Shown here one piece after another: positions 8,767-17,128 of a stretch of 64,000 nt of DNA; the first letter of the stretch is position 1, and each line of letters begins with the position of its first letter. This DNA is from an uncultured Dehalococcoidales bacterium (GTDB lineage: Bacteria; Chloroflexota; Dehalococcoidia; Dehalococcoidales; BS750m-G39): assembly GCA_964396965.1 (NCBI GenBank), contig CAYNGD010000008.1, positions 2,779 to 66,778 of the forward strand, written 5' to 3'. A program made the position numbers and the translations under genes. The notes under the pieces were generated by a model, which had not been told where the DNA came from, did no database searches, and saw only the letters and a program-made list of their open reading frames with translations.

Positions 8767-9477
8767 ATGGAACAGTTTAAGGGTTTCCCGTCCAAAATGA
8801 GGTTCACCGCCGTGCCCGATTTCTTCCTGAACAGGCTGTTGCCCCAGATAAGCGATATCAACGAGCTCAAGACCACCCTCCACATCTTCCAGACGCTCTA
8901 TCACAAGCGGGGCTATCCCCGCTTCACCAGCTATAAAGAGCTTTCAGCCAACAAGAGCCTGATGAGCAGTCTAAAAGGAGAAGAGCCGCCGGATAAGGCG
9001 CTGCGCCGCGCTTTAAAAATGGCCGCCGAGCGCGGCACTATAATTCAACTGGAACTAGATAAAGACGGCACCTCAGAAAATATCTATTTCCTCAACACAG
9101 AATCAGACCGGCAGGCCGCGGCCAGGATTGAAAAGGGTGAACTACAGCTGAGCGAGCTCAAAGCCAGAGTGCCGACCTACGTTAATACCGAGGAGCCGCC
9201 CGATATATTTACCCTCTACGAGCAAAACATCGGCATGCTGACCCCACTCATCGCCGACGAATTACGCGACGCCGAGCAACTCTATCCGCCGAGCTGGATA
9301 AGGGACGCCATCAACGAGGCGGTTGCCCTCAACAAGCGGAGCTGGCGCTACATCGCCAAGATTTTAGAAAATTGGGCAGCCGAAGGCAGGAGTGATGGAA
9401 CACATCGGGGAGATACTAAAAAGACAGACCCAGACAAGTACATCAAAGGCAAATATGGACACATGGTCCAGCGCTAA
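8767..9477 (+). CDS. DnaD-domain replication initiation/helicase-loading protein
   Basis: The C-terminal LYEQNIGMLTPLIADELRDAEQLYPPSWIRDAINEAVALNKRSWRYIAKILENW matches the DnaD/DnaB_2 repeat pattern. Confidence 0.6.
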   Translation: MEQFKGFPSKMRFTAVPDFFLNRLLPQISDINELKTTLHIFQTLYHKRGYPRFTSYKELSANKSLMSSLKGEEPPDKALRRALKMAAERGTIIQLELDKDGTSENIYFLNTESDRQAAARIEKGELQLSELKARVPTYVNTEEPPDIFTLYEQNIGMLTPLIADELRDAEQLYPPSWIRDAINEAVALNKRSWRYIAKILENWAAEGRSDGTHRGDTKKTDPDKYIKGKYGHMVQR

Positions 9478-10249
9478 AACTACCGAGGAGGCACCGCCGG
9501 AATCAAGCTGCCCCATCTGCAAGGGGGCCGGCTTTGTCCACCCCCGCTTGCCGTCGGGCAAACCGGACTACAGCCGCACCGTGCCCTGCCGCTGCACCCT
9601 GCAGAAAAGGGAGAAGGAGCAGCAGAGCCACCTGCGGCAATACAGCGGCCTGGAAGCCAAGCTGCTGCAGAAGATGACCTTCGAAAGCTTCGACTGGAAG
9701 CGGCTGAACCTACCGCCGGAGCAGCGCGAGAGTCTGAAGCATGCCTTCGATACTGCGCTTGATTTCGCCAAATCACCCGAAAACTGGCTGGTATTTATGG
9801 GCGTTACCGGCTGTGGCAAGACCCACCTAGCGGCGGCCATCGCCAACTACCGTCTCAAGGAGGGCCAGCCGGTCAAGTTCGTGGTGGTGCCCGACCTGCT
9901 CGACCACCTGCGCTCAACCTTCAGCCCGGAGAGCCCGGTGACCTACGACCAGCTCTTTGAAGAGGTCAAGAACGCCCCACTGCTCATCCTGGACGACTTC
10001 GGCGAGCAGTCAACCACCCCCTGGGCCGAGGAGAAGCTCTACCAGATTATCAACTACCGTTACAACGCCCGGCTGGCCACCGTCATCACCACCCGCCTAT
10101 CACTGGATGAGATTGACCCTCCTATCAGCTCCCGGTTAGCTGACCCTAAAATCAGTTTTAGATGGAATATCAACGTCCCCGATTACCGTACCGATGCCAC
10201 TGCCCACCGTAATAAGACGGTCCGGGGGCGGAAAGAGCGCCGGGGCTAG
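9395..10249 (+). CDS. DnaC/DnaI-like AAA+ helicase loader with N-terminal zinc-ribbon
   Basis: CPICKGAGFV...VPCRC, Walker A GVTGCGKTHLAAA, Walker B LLILDDFG. Listed start 9392 is GTG and ATG is at 9395. An alternative ATG at 9455 would shorten the overlap with the DnaD-like CDS. Confidence 0.75.
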   Translation: MEHIGEILKRQTQTSTSKANMDTWSSAKTTEEAPPESSCPICKGAGFVHPRLPSGKPDYSRTVPCRCTLQKREKEQQSHLRQYSGLEAKLLQKMTFESFDWKRLNLPPEQRESLKHAFDTALDFAKSPENWLVFMGVTGCGKTHLAAAIANYRLKEGQPVKFVVVPDLLDHLRSTFSPESPVTYDQLFEEVKNAPLLILDDFGEQSTTPWAEEKLYQIINYRYNARLATVITTRLSLDEIDPPISSRLADPKISFRWNINVPDYRTDATAHRNKTVRGRKERRG

Positions 10250-10302
10250 ACCGATTTGCACAAGCCAAGTCCTTTTTTGTAAAATAGGCTGGCTTTCGTG
10301 TT

Positions 10303-10827
10303 ATGAGCGTTAACGCAATAAACCTACCAGTTCTGGTATTAAACCAGAGTTATGAGCCGCTCAATGTCTGCCGGGTGCGGCGGGCGGTAGTGCTGATACA
10401 GCGCGGCAAGGCCGAGATGCTGGAGAACGGCGCCGGCTTTATCCACACCTCAAGTCAGGACTTCCCCCTGCCCTCGGTAATCCGCCTGGCCTACCTGATT
10501 AAGCGTCCCCGGCCCCAGCCGAAACTGACCCGCCTGGAGATTTTCCACCGCGACCACTACACCTGCCAGTACTGCGGCCGGCAGACCAACCAGCTCACCC
10601 TGGACCACGTTATCCCCCGCTACCGGGGCGGCGAGCACGCCTGGGAGAACGTGGTCAGCGCCTGCGTTCAGTGCAACCGGCGCAAGGCGGGTAAGACCCC
10701 CAAAGAGGCCGGGATGCAACTAATCCACCAGCCGCAGCCGCCGCGCGGCGACAGCTACTTATACATCCCCCACCACTACCAGAAGACACAGAGCCAGTGG
10801 CAGAAATACCTGCCCCGGCATAACTAG
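10303..10827 (+). CDS. HNH endonuclease family protein
   Basis: CQYCGR...LTLDHVIPRYRGGEHAWENVVSACVQCNRRK is a canonical HNH/zinc motif. Confidence 0.8.
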   Translation: MSVNAINLPVLVLNQSYEPLNVCRVRRAVVLIQRGKAEMLENGAGFIHTSSQDFPLPSVIRLAYLIKRPRPQPKLTRLEIFHRDHYTCQYCGRQTNQLTLDHVIPRYRGGEHAWENVVSACVQCNRRKAGKTPKEAGMQLIHQPQPPRGDSYLYIPHHYQKTQSQWQKYLPRHN

Positions 10828-11642
10828 CCCTCCTTGGCCGGCTTTTCGATAACAGTGATTTCAGCCAGGGGTACTTCTACGTTTGACTGGCCCTCCGTCT
10901 CCACCAGCACCGTTTCCTTGAGCGGATTTCCCCCCACCACCCTGGCCGGCCCCATCGCCGTGGAGACCTGCGTACCCACCTTGGGCATCTGCTTCTTCAA
11001 GCTCTGGTACTGACCGCTCTCGTAGGCCAGACAGCATAACAGGCGCCCGCAGACGCCGGATATCTTCATCGGGTTGAGGGGCAGGTCCTGATCCTTGGCC
11101 ATCCTGATAGAAACGGGGGAGAACTCGGAGAGGAAGTTAACACAGCAGAGGGGGCGCCCGCAGCGCCCGAAGCCGCCCACCACCTTGGCCTCATCCCTGG
11201 GCCCCAGCTGGCGCAGCTCCACCCGCAGCTTGAAACGGCTGTTCAGCTCCCGCACCAGCTCGCGGAAGTCAACCCGCTCGGTAGCGCTGAAGAAAAAGGT
11301 GAGGCGGGTGCCGTCCAGATTGTACTCCGCCGAGAGCAGTTTCATCGGCAGCCTGAATTTGTCTATCAGCTTGGCACACTCGGCCATAGCCTTGGCCTCC
11401 TTGGCCTCCAGCTCCTTGGCCTGCTCCAGGTCCTCCGTCTCCGCCTTGCGCAACACCGGCTTCAACTCCTGGGGCGCCTCGCCCTCGGCCACCGGCTGAG
11501 GAGCGATAACCACCCTCCCCAGCTCCTGGCCGCGGGCAGTCTTGACCACCACGTAGTCACCTAGCTCAAGCTCGATACTGGACGGGTCAAAGTAGTATAT
11601 TTTACCAGCTCTCTTAAAACGCACGCCAACAATATCAGCCAT
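10824..11642 (-). CDS. ricT: PSP1-domain protein (RicT/YaaT-like)
   Basis: GRCGRPLCCVNFL...GVCGRLLCCLAYE PSP1 Cys motifs. Sits immediately downstream of holB, as in Firmicutes. Confidence 0.8.
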   Translation of the reverse strand: MADIVGVRFKRAGKIYYFDPSSIELELGDYVVVKTARGQELGRVVIAPQPVAEGEAPQELKPVLRKAETEDLEQAKELEAKEAKAMAECAKLIDKFRLPMKLLSAEYNLDGTRLTFFFSATERVDFRELVRELNSRFKLRVELRQLGPRDEAKVVGGFGRCGRPLCCVNFLSEFSPVSIRMAKDQDLPLNPMKISGVCGRLLCCLAYESGQYQSLKKQMPKVGTQVSTAMGPARVVGGNPLKETVLVETEGQSNVEVPLAEITVIEKPAKEG

Positions 11643-12663
11643 AGTTTACCGCCGCCCTCCTTTCCGGCAGGCTTAACATCAGCACCTCCAGCACCAGCCG
11701 CGGGTTAGCATTCTGCTTTAGCTGTTCACCGGCCACCTGAATAGCGCTGACAAAAGCCCTCACCTCGGCCAGGCTGTAGCCCTGAGCCAGGCCAGCCAGC
11801 GTCTCCTTCCGGTCAATGTTGGTTATATCGTCAATGCCGCCGAGTTTGACCAGCAGCAGGTCGCGCCACCAGTCAAGCCATAGGTCCAGCACCTCCTGGA
11901 CCAGGCCCCGGCTCTGGCTGAACCAGGCCACCAGCTGATTCACATAGTCAAAGCGCTCTTCGTAGTCAGCACTCATTATGTCAAGCAATTTGTCCAGCCT
12001 CTGGCGCCGCTGCTCAGGGAGGCTTTCGTCCCCGGCCGCTGATACCGCCCAGCCCAGACAGCCGTGGCTCAGCCTGGCCAGTAGCTTCGCCTTCTTCGGC
12101 TCAACCCCCCAGCCCTCACTGAGGGCCACCCCCACCTGCGAGACCGGCAGAGGGCGCAGCTCCAGCCGCTGGCAGCGGGAGACGACGGTGGCCAGCAGGG
12201 CCTGTTCGCTGGCGGTGAGCAGGATGAAAAGAACCGCGCTTGGCGGCTCCTCCAGTGTCTTGAGCAGGCAGTTGGCCGCCTCGGTTGACATCAGCTCCGC
12301 CCCGTCAATAATATAAACTTTATATCTGCCCTCAAACGGGGGCAGATTGGATGAGTGCTGCAATTCCCTGACCTGGTCAATGCCTATTTCAGTCCGCGGC
12401 TTATCATTGGAGTTGCCGACGGAGTCTATGCCAATAACCTGGACATCGGCGTGCCTGCCCGCAGCTATCTTCAGGCAGGGGTCACACTGGCCGCAGGGGG
12501 GCTCATTCCCCAGGCAGTTCACCGCCCGGGCCAAGTCCAGCGCCAGGGTCATCTTGCCCACGTGGGTCGGGCCGACCAGAAGATAGGCGTGGGCCATCGC
12601 CCCCTGCTCCAGGCTGTGCCGGAGCAGGGCTACCGCCCTGGACTGGCCTACTGTCTGCCACAT
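11635..12663 (-). CDS. holB: DNA polymerase III delta' subunit
   Basis: AHAYLLVGPTHVGKMTLA, CGQCDPC zinc module. Start set at ATG 12663 (AGGAGG 8 nt upstream), not the listed 12756, which would overlap lysA. Confidence 0.8.
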   Translation of the reverse strand: MWQTVGQSRAVALLRHSLEQGAMAHAYLLVGPTHVGKMTLALDLARAVNCLGNEPPCGQCDPCLKIAAGRHADVQVIGIDSVGNSNDKPRTEIGIDQVRELQHSSNLPPFEGRYKVYIIDGAELMSTEAANCLLKTLEEPPSAVLFILLTASEQALLATVVSRCQRLELRPLPVSQVGVALSEGWGVEPKKAKLLARLSHGCLGWAVSAAGDESLPEQRRQRLDKLLDIMSADYEERFDYVNQLVAWFSQSRGLVQEVLDLWLDWWRDLLLVKLGGIDDITNIDRKETLAGLAQGYSLAEVRAFVSAIQVAGEQLKQNANPRLVLEVLMLSLPERRAAVNYG

Positions 12664-12673
12664 ACCAAGCCTC

Positions 12674-13981
12674 CTAGACCACATCGTGCCGGGTGAGGTC
12701 GTCAAAGCTCTCCCGGCTCCGGATAAGGCGTGCTTTGCCCTCCCTGACCAGGACAATGGTCGGCTTCAGCGAGCCGTTATAGTTGCTCGCCTCGGGTATG
12801 GAATAGGCACCGCAGCCGGCCACGGCGATGATATCGCCCGCCGCCGGCTCGGGCAGCTCAATGTCCTTTATTAATATGTCGCTCGATTCGCAGAACTTAC
12901 CGGCGATGGTGAAACTGCCGGCGGCCCTGGCCTTCATCCGGCTGGCAATGACCGCCTCCAGTTCGGCCTGGTAGAGGGCGGGGCGGATGTTATCGCCCAT
13001 GCCGCCGTCTACCGAGACATAGCACCTGACGCCGGGGATATCCTTGACCACCCCCACCGTGTAGAGGGCCACCCCCGCCTGCGCCACCATGGAGCGCCCC
13101 GGCTCAATGATAAGCCGCAGCCTAGGCAGACCATACTTCTGGCAGCTATTAATAACAGCGGCGGTTATCGCCTGGGCATAGGCGGCGATGGGCGGGGCGG
13201 GAGAGTCCAGAGTATATTGAACGGCGAAGCCGCCACCGACGCTGAGCTCTTTGAGCTCAAAGCCGTGCCTCTGCTTCATCCCGGCGGCAAAGCCGAGGAT
13301 GATGTCTATCGCCTGCTGGTAGGGCTCGAACTCGGCAATCTGGGAGCCGATATGGAAATGCAGACCCTTCAGATTAAGCTGTGGCATTGCCATAGCCTGG
13401 TTAAGCGCCTCCTCGGCGTAGGCCATGGGCACGCCGAACTTGCTGTCGAGGTTGCCGGTGATAATATAGCGGTGGGTATGGGGGTCGACGCCAGGGGAAA
13501 TCCGCAGGAGTATATTAGGCCTATCACCCCGCTCTTTGGCAATTTCGCCCAGCAGTTCAAGCTCGTGGCGATTATCGACCACGATGCACCCCACCCCCCA
13601 CTCCAGCGCCAGCTTTAGTTCCTCGGCTGACTTGTTGTTACCCGGGAAATAGACCTTCTCCAGAGGGAAACCGGCGGAGCGGACGATGCTGATTTCGCCA
13701 GCGGAGACCACATCCAGCCCCAGCCCTTCCTCATTAAAGAGCCGGGCCAGAGCCTTATTGATAAAGGCCTTGGCCGAATAGAGGACGGTGGTATCGGCAT
13801 AGCGCTGGCCGAACTCTCGCTTGAACTCGGCGCACCTATTTCTCAGGGCAAGCTCGTCAAAGAGATAGAGGGGCGTGCCGAACTCGGCGGCCAGCGCCAC
13901 GGTATCGCAGCCGCCGATGACCAGATGACCGCTATCATTAACCGCCGAACCCGGCGGGAAAAGTTTAATCCTAGACTCCAT
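12674..13981 (-). CDS. lysA: diaminopimelate decarboxylase
   Basis: 435 aa. Group IV decarboxylase pattern (YSAKAF, HFHIGSQ, EPGR, CESSD). Confidence 0.9.
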   Translation of the reverse strand: MESRIKLFPPGSAVNDSGHLVIGGCDTVALAAEFGTPLYLFDELALRNRCAEFKREFGQRYADTTVLYSAKAFINKALARLFNEEGLGLDVVSAGEISIVRSAGFPLEKVYFPGNNKSAEELKLALEWGVGCIVVDNRHELELLGEIAKERGDRPNILLRISPGVDPHTHRYIITGNLDSKFGVPMAYAEEALNQAMAMPQLNLKGLHFHIGSQIAEFEPYQQAIDIILGFAAGMKQRHGFELKELSVGGGFAVQYTLDSPAPPIAAYAQAITAAVINSCQKYGLPRLRLIIEPGRSMVAQAGVALYTVGVVKDIPGVRCYVSVDGGMGDNIRPALYQAELEAVIASRMKARAAGSFTIAGKFCESSDILIKDIELPEPAAGDIIAVAGCGAYSIPEASNYNGSLKPTIVLVREGKARLIRSRESFDDLTRHDVV

Positions 13982-14020
13982 ATATTTAAATGTTAACAGT
14001 GCCAGCTAGTTAAGTCAATT

Positions 14021-14088
14021 GAAAAGGGCGAAGCCTATGAGGGCGGGTGGGTATGGGAAGAAAAACTAGGTTAAAGATGGGGGAGGGG
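14021..14088. repeat. solo right arm of the element plus G-rich tail
   Basis: GAAAAGGGCGAAGCCTATGAGGGCGGGTGGGTATGGGAAGAAAAAC ... GATGGGGGAGGGG. Confidence 0.75.
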
Positions 14089-14097
14089 TATAACTGG

Positions 14098-15666
14098 CTA
14101 ATCTTCCCTTAGCTTGTAGCGCTGTATCTTGCCGGTGCTGGTCCTGGGCAGATCCTTGACGAACTCTATCCACCTCGGGTATTTATAGGGGGCTATGCTC
14201 TTCTTGACGAAGAGTTGAATATCCCTGGCCAGCTTCTCCGAGGGGCGGTGACCTTTTTTGAGCCTGACGTAGGCCTTGGGCTTGACCAGCCCGTGCTCGT
14301 CCTTTTTAGCCACCACCGCCGCCTCCAGCACCGCCGGTTGGGAGATCAGGGCGTCCTCGACCTCGATGGGCGATACCCAGATACCGCCGACTTTAAGCAT
14401 ATCATCAGCGCGGCCGCGGTAATAGTAGTAGCCCTCGGCGTCACGGTAGTAATGGTCGCCGGTGTTAAACCACTCGCCCAGCATCGAAGTCTTGGTCTTC
14501 TCAGAATGGCGGTAGTAATAGAGCGCGGTTGACGCTCCCTTCACCTGCAGGGTGCCTATCTCGCCGTCGGGCACCTCCTCGCCCTCCTCGTCTATAATCC
14601 GGGCCTGATAACCCGGTACCAGCTTGCCCGAGCTGCCCGGTTTGACGTCGCCGGGGCGGTTGGAGATAAAGATGTGCAAAAGCTCGGTGGATCCGATGCC
14701 GTCCAGAATCTCCAGCCCGAACCTCTTCTTCCACTCGTAAAAGATTTCCTTGGGCAGGGCTTCGCCGGCCGAGGTGCAGATGCGCAGCGAGGAAAGGTCG
14801 TACTTCTTCTCGGCGTCCTCCAGCTCAAGCATATTGGCGTAGAGCGTGGGCACGCCGAAGAACACCGTCGGCTGGTAGCGGTCGATGGTGGCGAATATGG
14901 TCTCGGGGCGGGGCCTATCGGGGAGGAGGACCACCGAGGCGCCTGTAGCCAGGGGATAGAAGAAGCTGTTGCCCAGCCCGTAGGCAAAGAAGAACTTGGA
15001 GGCCGAAAAGAGCCTGTCCGCCTGGGTGATGCCCAGTACCGCTATGGCGTAGTTGTCAATACAGCTGAAGACATCATGCTGAAGGTGGACCGCTGCCTTG
15101 GGAACGCCGGTGCTGCCCGAGGTGTAGTTCCAGAAGGCGGCGTCCTCGAAGGTGGTATAGGCCACCTCCAGCTTATCGGAACAGCGGTCAACCAGGTCAT
15201 GAAAAGCGATATGATAGGCCCTGGTCTTCTTGCCCACGATTATGGTGTTTTCCAGGTAGAGCAGCTTCTCCTTGAAGCCCTCGATTTCTTCAATGAAATC
15301 GGCATCGGCGATAAGGGTGCGGGCGCGGCTGTTGTTGAGCAGATAGCGGTAGTCGTGCTTGGTGTACATATAGTTGACCGGAATCGGTATGGCGCCAATC
15401 TTTATGGCGGCGAAGAAGCTGGCCATGGCCTCCGGCGAGTCGTACATCACCAGCATCACCCGCTCTTCCATGTGCACGCCCAGTATTTTAAGGGCATTGC
15501 CCACCCTGTTCACCAGTTTCTGCATTTCGCGGTAGGTATAGGTCTCGTCCTTATAGTAAACGGCCACCTTATCCCCCAGCCCCTTTTCCACCTTTTCATC
15601 GATGAGCTTGGTGGTTATGTTGTAGTACTGGGAGATAAATTCCTTATATTTATACTGTACTTCCAT
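14098..15666 (-). CDS. AMP-dependent acyl/aryl-CoA ligase (benzoate-CoA ligase family-like)
   Basis: YTSGSTGVPKAAVH AMP-binding motif, GEW..TGD, TSTGKIQR. The listed start 15684 is TTG; ATG 15666 (MEVQYKY) is preferred. Confidence 0.75.
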   Translation of the reverse strand: MEVQYKYKEFISQYYNITTKLIDEKVEKGLGDKVAVYYKDETYTYREMQKLVNRVGNALKILGVHMEERVMLVMYDSPEAMASFFAAIKIGAIPIPVNYMYTKHDYRYLLNNSRARTLIADADFIEEIEGFKEKLLYLENTIIVGKKTRAYHIAFHDLVDRCSDKLEVAYTTFEDAAFWNYTSGSTGVPKAAVHLQHDVFSCIDNYAIAVLGITQADRLFSASKFFFAYGLGNSFFYPLATGASVVLLPDRPRPETIFATIDRYQPTVFFGVPTLYANMLELEDAEKKYDLSSLRICTSAGEALPKEIFYEWKKRFGLEILDGIGSTELLHIFISNRPGDVKPGSSGKLVPGYQARIIDEEGEEVPDGEIGTLQVKGASTALYYYRHSEKTKTSMLGEWFNTGDHYYRDAEGYYYYRGRADDMLKVGGIWVSPIEVEDALISQPAVLEAAVVAKKDEHGLVKPKAYVRLKKGHRPSEKLARDIQLFVKKSIAPYKYPRWIEFVKDLPRTSTGKIQRYKLRED

Positions 15667-15738
15667 CCTGACCTTTCGGCTCAAGTCGCTACCCTTAGTT
15701 TATAATAAATACTCCTTTTTTACAAAGCTATGGTTATT

Positions 15739-15753
15739 CTTCCCACCCTCAAA
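15739..15753. repeat. short fragment of the left arm
   Basis: CTTCCCACCCTCAAA. Confidence 0.4.
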
Positions 15754-15814
15754 TTGACACCTAACTAACCAGACCATTAGAATATAACTTAACCTTAACT
15801 TAAAGAGGCGCAAT

Positions 15815-17077
15815 TTGTACCGAAAGACCACCCTGGATAACGGCCTGCGGGTCCTCACCGAGACCATGCCCCACACCCGCTCGGTATCAATCTGCATCTT
15901 TATCGGCGTCGGCTCCAGGTACGAGGCCGACAGCCAGGCCGGCGTCTCCCACTTCATCGAGCACCTGCTCTTTAAGGGCACACAAAAACGCGCCAATGCC
16001 AGGGAAATATCGGTGGCCATAGAGGGGGTAGGGGGGGTCGTCAACGCCGGTACCGACAAGGAGCTGACCGTTTACTGGTGCAAGACGGCCCGGCCCCACT
16101 TCCCCCTGGCGCTGGACGTACTCGCTGACATACTGCTCCACTCCAGGTTTGACCCCGACGACATCGAGAACGAGCGCCGGGTTATCATTGAGGAAATCCG
16201 CCTGGAGAGGGACTCCCCCTCCCAGCTGGTCAACATGCTCATTGATGAGCTGCTCTGGCCCGGCCACCCCCTGGGCCGTGACGTGGCCGGCGACGAGGGC
16301 TCGGTGAGCGGCATCAGCCGGGAGATGATGCTCGGCTACCTGTCACAGCACTACCTGCCAGCCAACACCGTGGTCAGCATCGCCGGCGGGCTGAAGCAAG
16401 CTGAGATGGTAAACGCGGTAAACCAGGCGCTGGGCAGCTGGGCGGGTGGGAAGACCCACCCCGGCTACCAGGCCTACAAGGAAAGGCCCTTCCCCCGGCT
16501 TAAAATCGAGCGGAAGGAGACCGAGCAGGCCCACCTCTGCCTGGGACTGGGCGGGCTGTCCCTGCTCCACCCCAAGCGCTTCATACTAGACCTGCTTAAC
16601 GTCATCCTGGGGGAGGGGATGAGCAGCCGCCTCTTTACCGAGATCCGCGACCGGCTGGGGCTGGCCTACAGCATCCACAGCTACGCCGACCACCTGCTGG
16701 ACAGCGGCGATGTCACCATCTACGCCGGTGTGGAGCCAGCCAACCTACGGGTGGCTATCGAGGCGGTGTTGGAGCAGCTCGCCCGGCTCAAAGAGAGCGT
16801 CCCCGAAGATGAACTGGTCAAGGCCAAGGAGCTGGCCAAGGGGCGGCTGCTGCTGCGCATGGAGGACAGCCGCAGCGTGGCCGGCTGGATGGGGGGGCAG
16901 GAGATTCTGACCGGCAGGATTTTAACTGTTGACCGGGTTACCCGGATTATCGACGCCATCACCGCCGACGAGATAAAAGAGCTGGCCAGGGAGCTGCTGG
17001 TGGAGAGCCAGCTGCGGCTGGCGGTGGTGGGGCCGGTGGCCGAGGATGAGCCTCTAGAGAAGCTGCTCAAGCTATAA
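15815..17077 (+). CDS. M16 family zinc peptidase (pitrilysin-like)
   Basis: HFIEHLLFKG inverted zinc motif HxxEH. TTG start with AAAGAGG SD 6 nt upstream. Confidence 0.85.
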   Translation: MYRKTTLDNGLRVLTETMPHTRSVSICIFIGVGSRYEADSQAGVSHFIEHLLFKGTQKRANAREISVAIEGVGGVVNAGTDKELTVYWCKTARPHFPLALDVLADILLHSRFDPDDIENERRVIIEEIRLERDSPSQLVNMLIDELLWPGHPLGRDVAGDEGSVSGISREMMLGYLSQHYLPANTVVSIAGGLKQAEMVNAVNQALGSWAGGKTHPGYQAYKERPFPRLKIERKETEQAHLCLGLGGLSLLHPKRFILDLLNVILGEGMSSRLFTEIRDRLGLAYSIHSYADHLLDSGDVTIYAGVEPANLRVAIEAVLEQLARLKESVPEDELVKAKELAKGRLLLRMEDSRSVAGWMGGQEILTGRILTVDRVTRIIDAITADEIKELARELLVESQLRLAVVGPVAEDEPLEKLLKL

Positions 17078-17079
17078 AA

Positions 17080-17107
17080 ATAGCCGTGGCCCTAAGACCA
17101 CGGCTAT
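17080..17107 (-). terminator. intrinsic terminator of groES-groEL (10-bp perfect stem)
   Basis: ATAGCCGTGG (17080-17089) / CCACGGCTAT (17098-17107) with an 8-nt loop. On the minus strand the stem is followed by TTTTTA. Lies between convergent genes. Confidence 0.7.
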
Positions 17108-17128
17108 CTCTAACCACTGGCTGTTGGG

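Noticed and set aside
8767-10827. Reading the DnaD-like/DnaC-like/HNH trio as a prophage replication module.
   Set aside because: Composition matches the host. The genes are fused into the rplI-dnaB string with short gaps. No integrase, structural or lysis genes and no att-like repeats are visible. The idea is kept only as an alternative in the finding.
12664-12756. The N-terminal extension of holB that overlaps the lysA 3' end.
   Set aside because: An in-frame ATG at 12663 with AGGAGG 8 nt upstream removes the overlap, and the extension has no conserved features.
14674-15705. Long antisense ORFs opposite clearly conserved genes. Examples: 14674-15705 (+), 4713-5654 (-), 6708-7514 (-), 25093-25947 (+), 29621-30859 (+), 49524-50324 (+), 50552-51259 (+), 54621-55238 (+), 57748-58449 (+), 58603-59289 (+).
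   Set aside because: These are typical shadow ORFs of high-G+C DNA. Their translations are low-complexity (G/A/R/P/L-rich) with no recognisable motifs, while the opposite strand encodes well-conserved enzymes.
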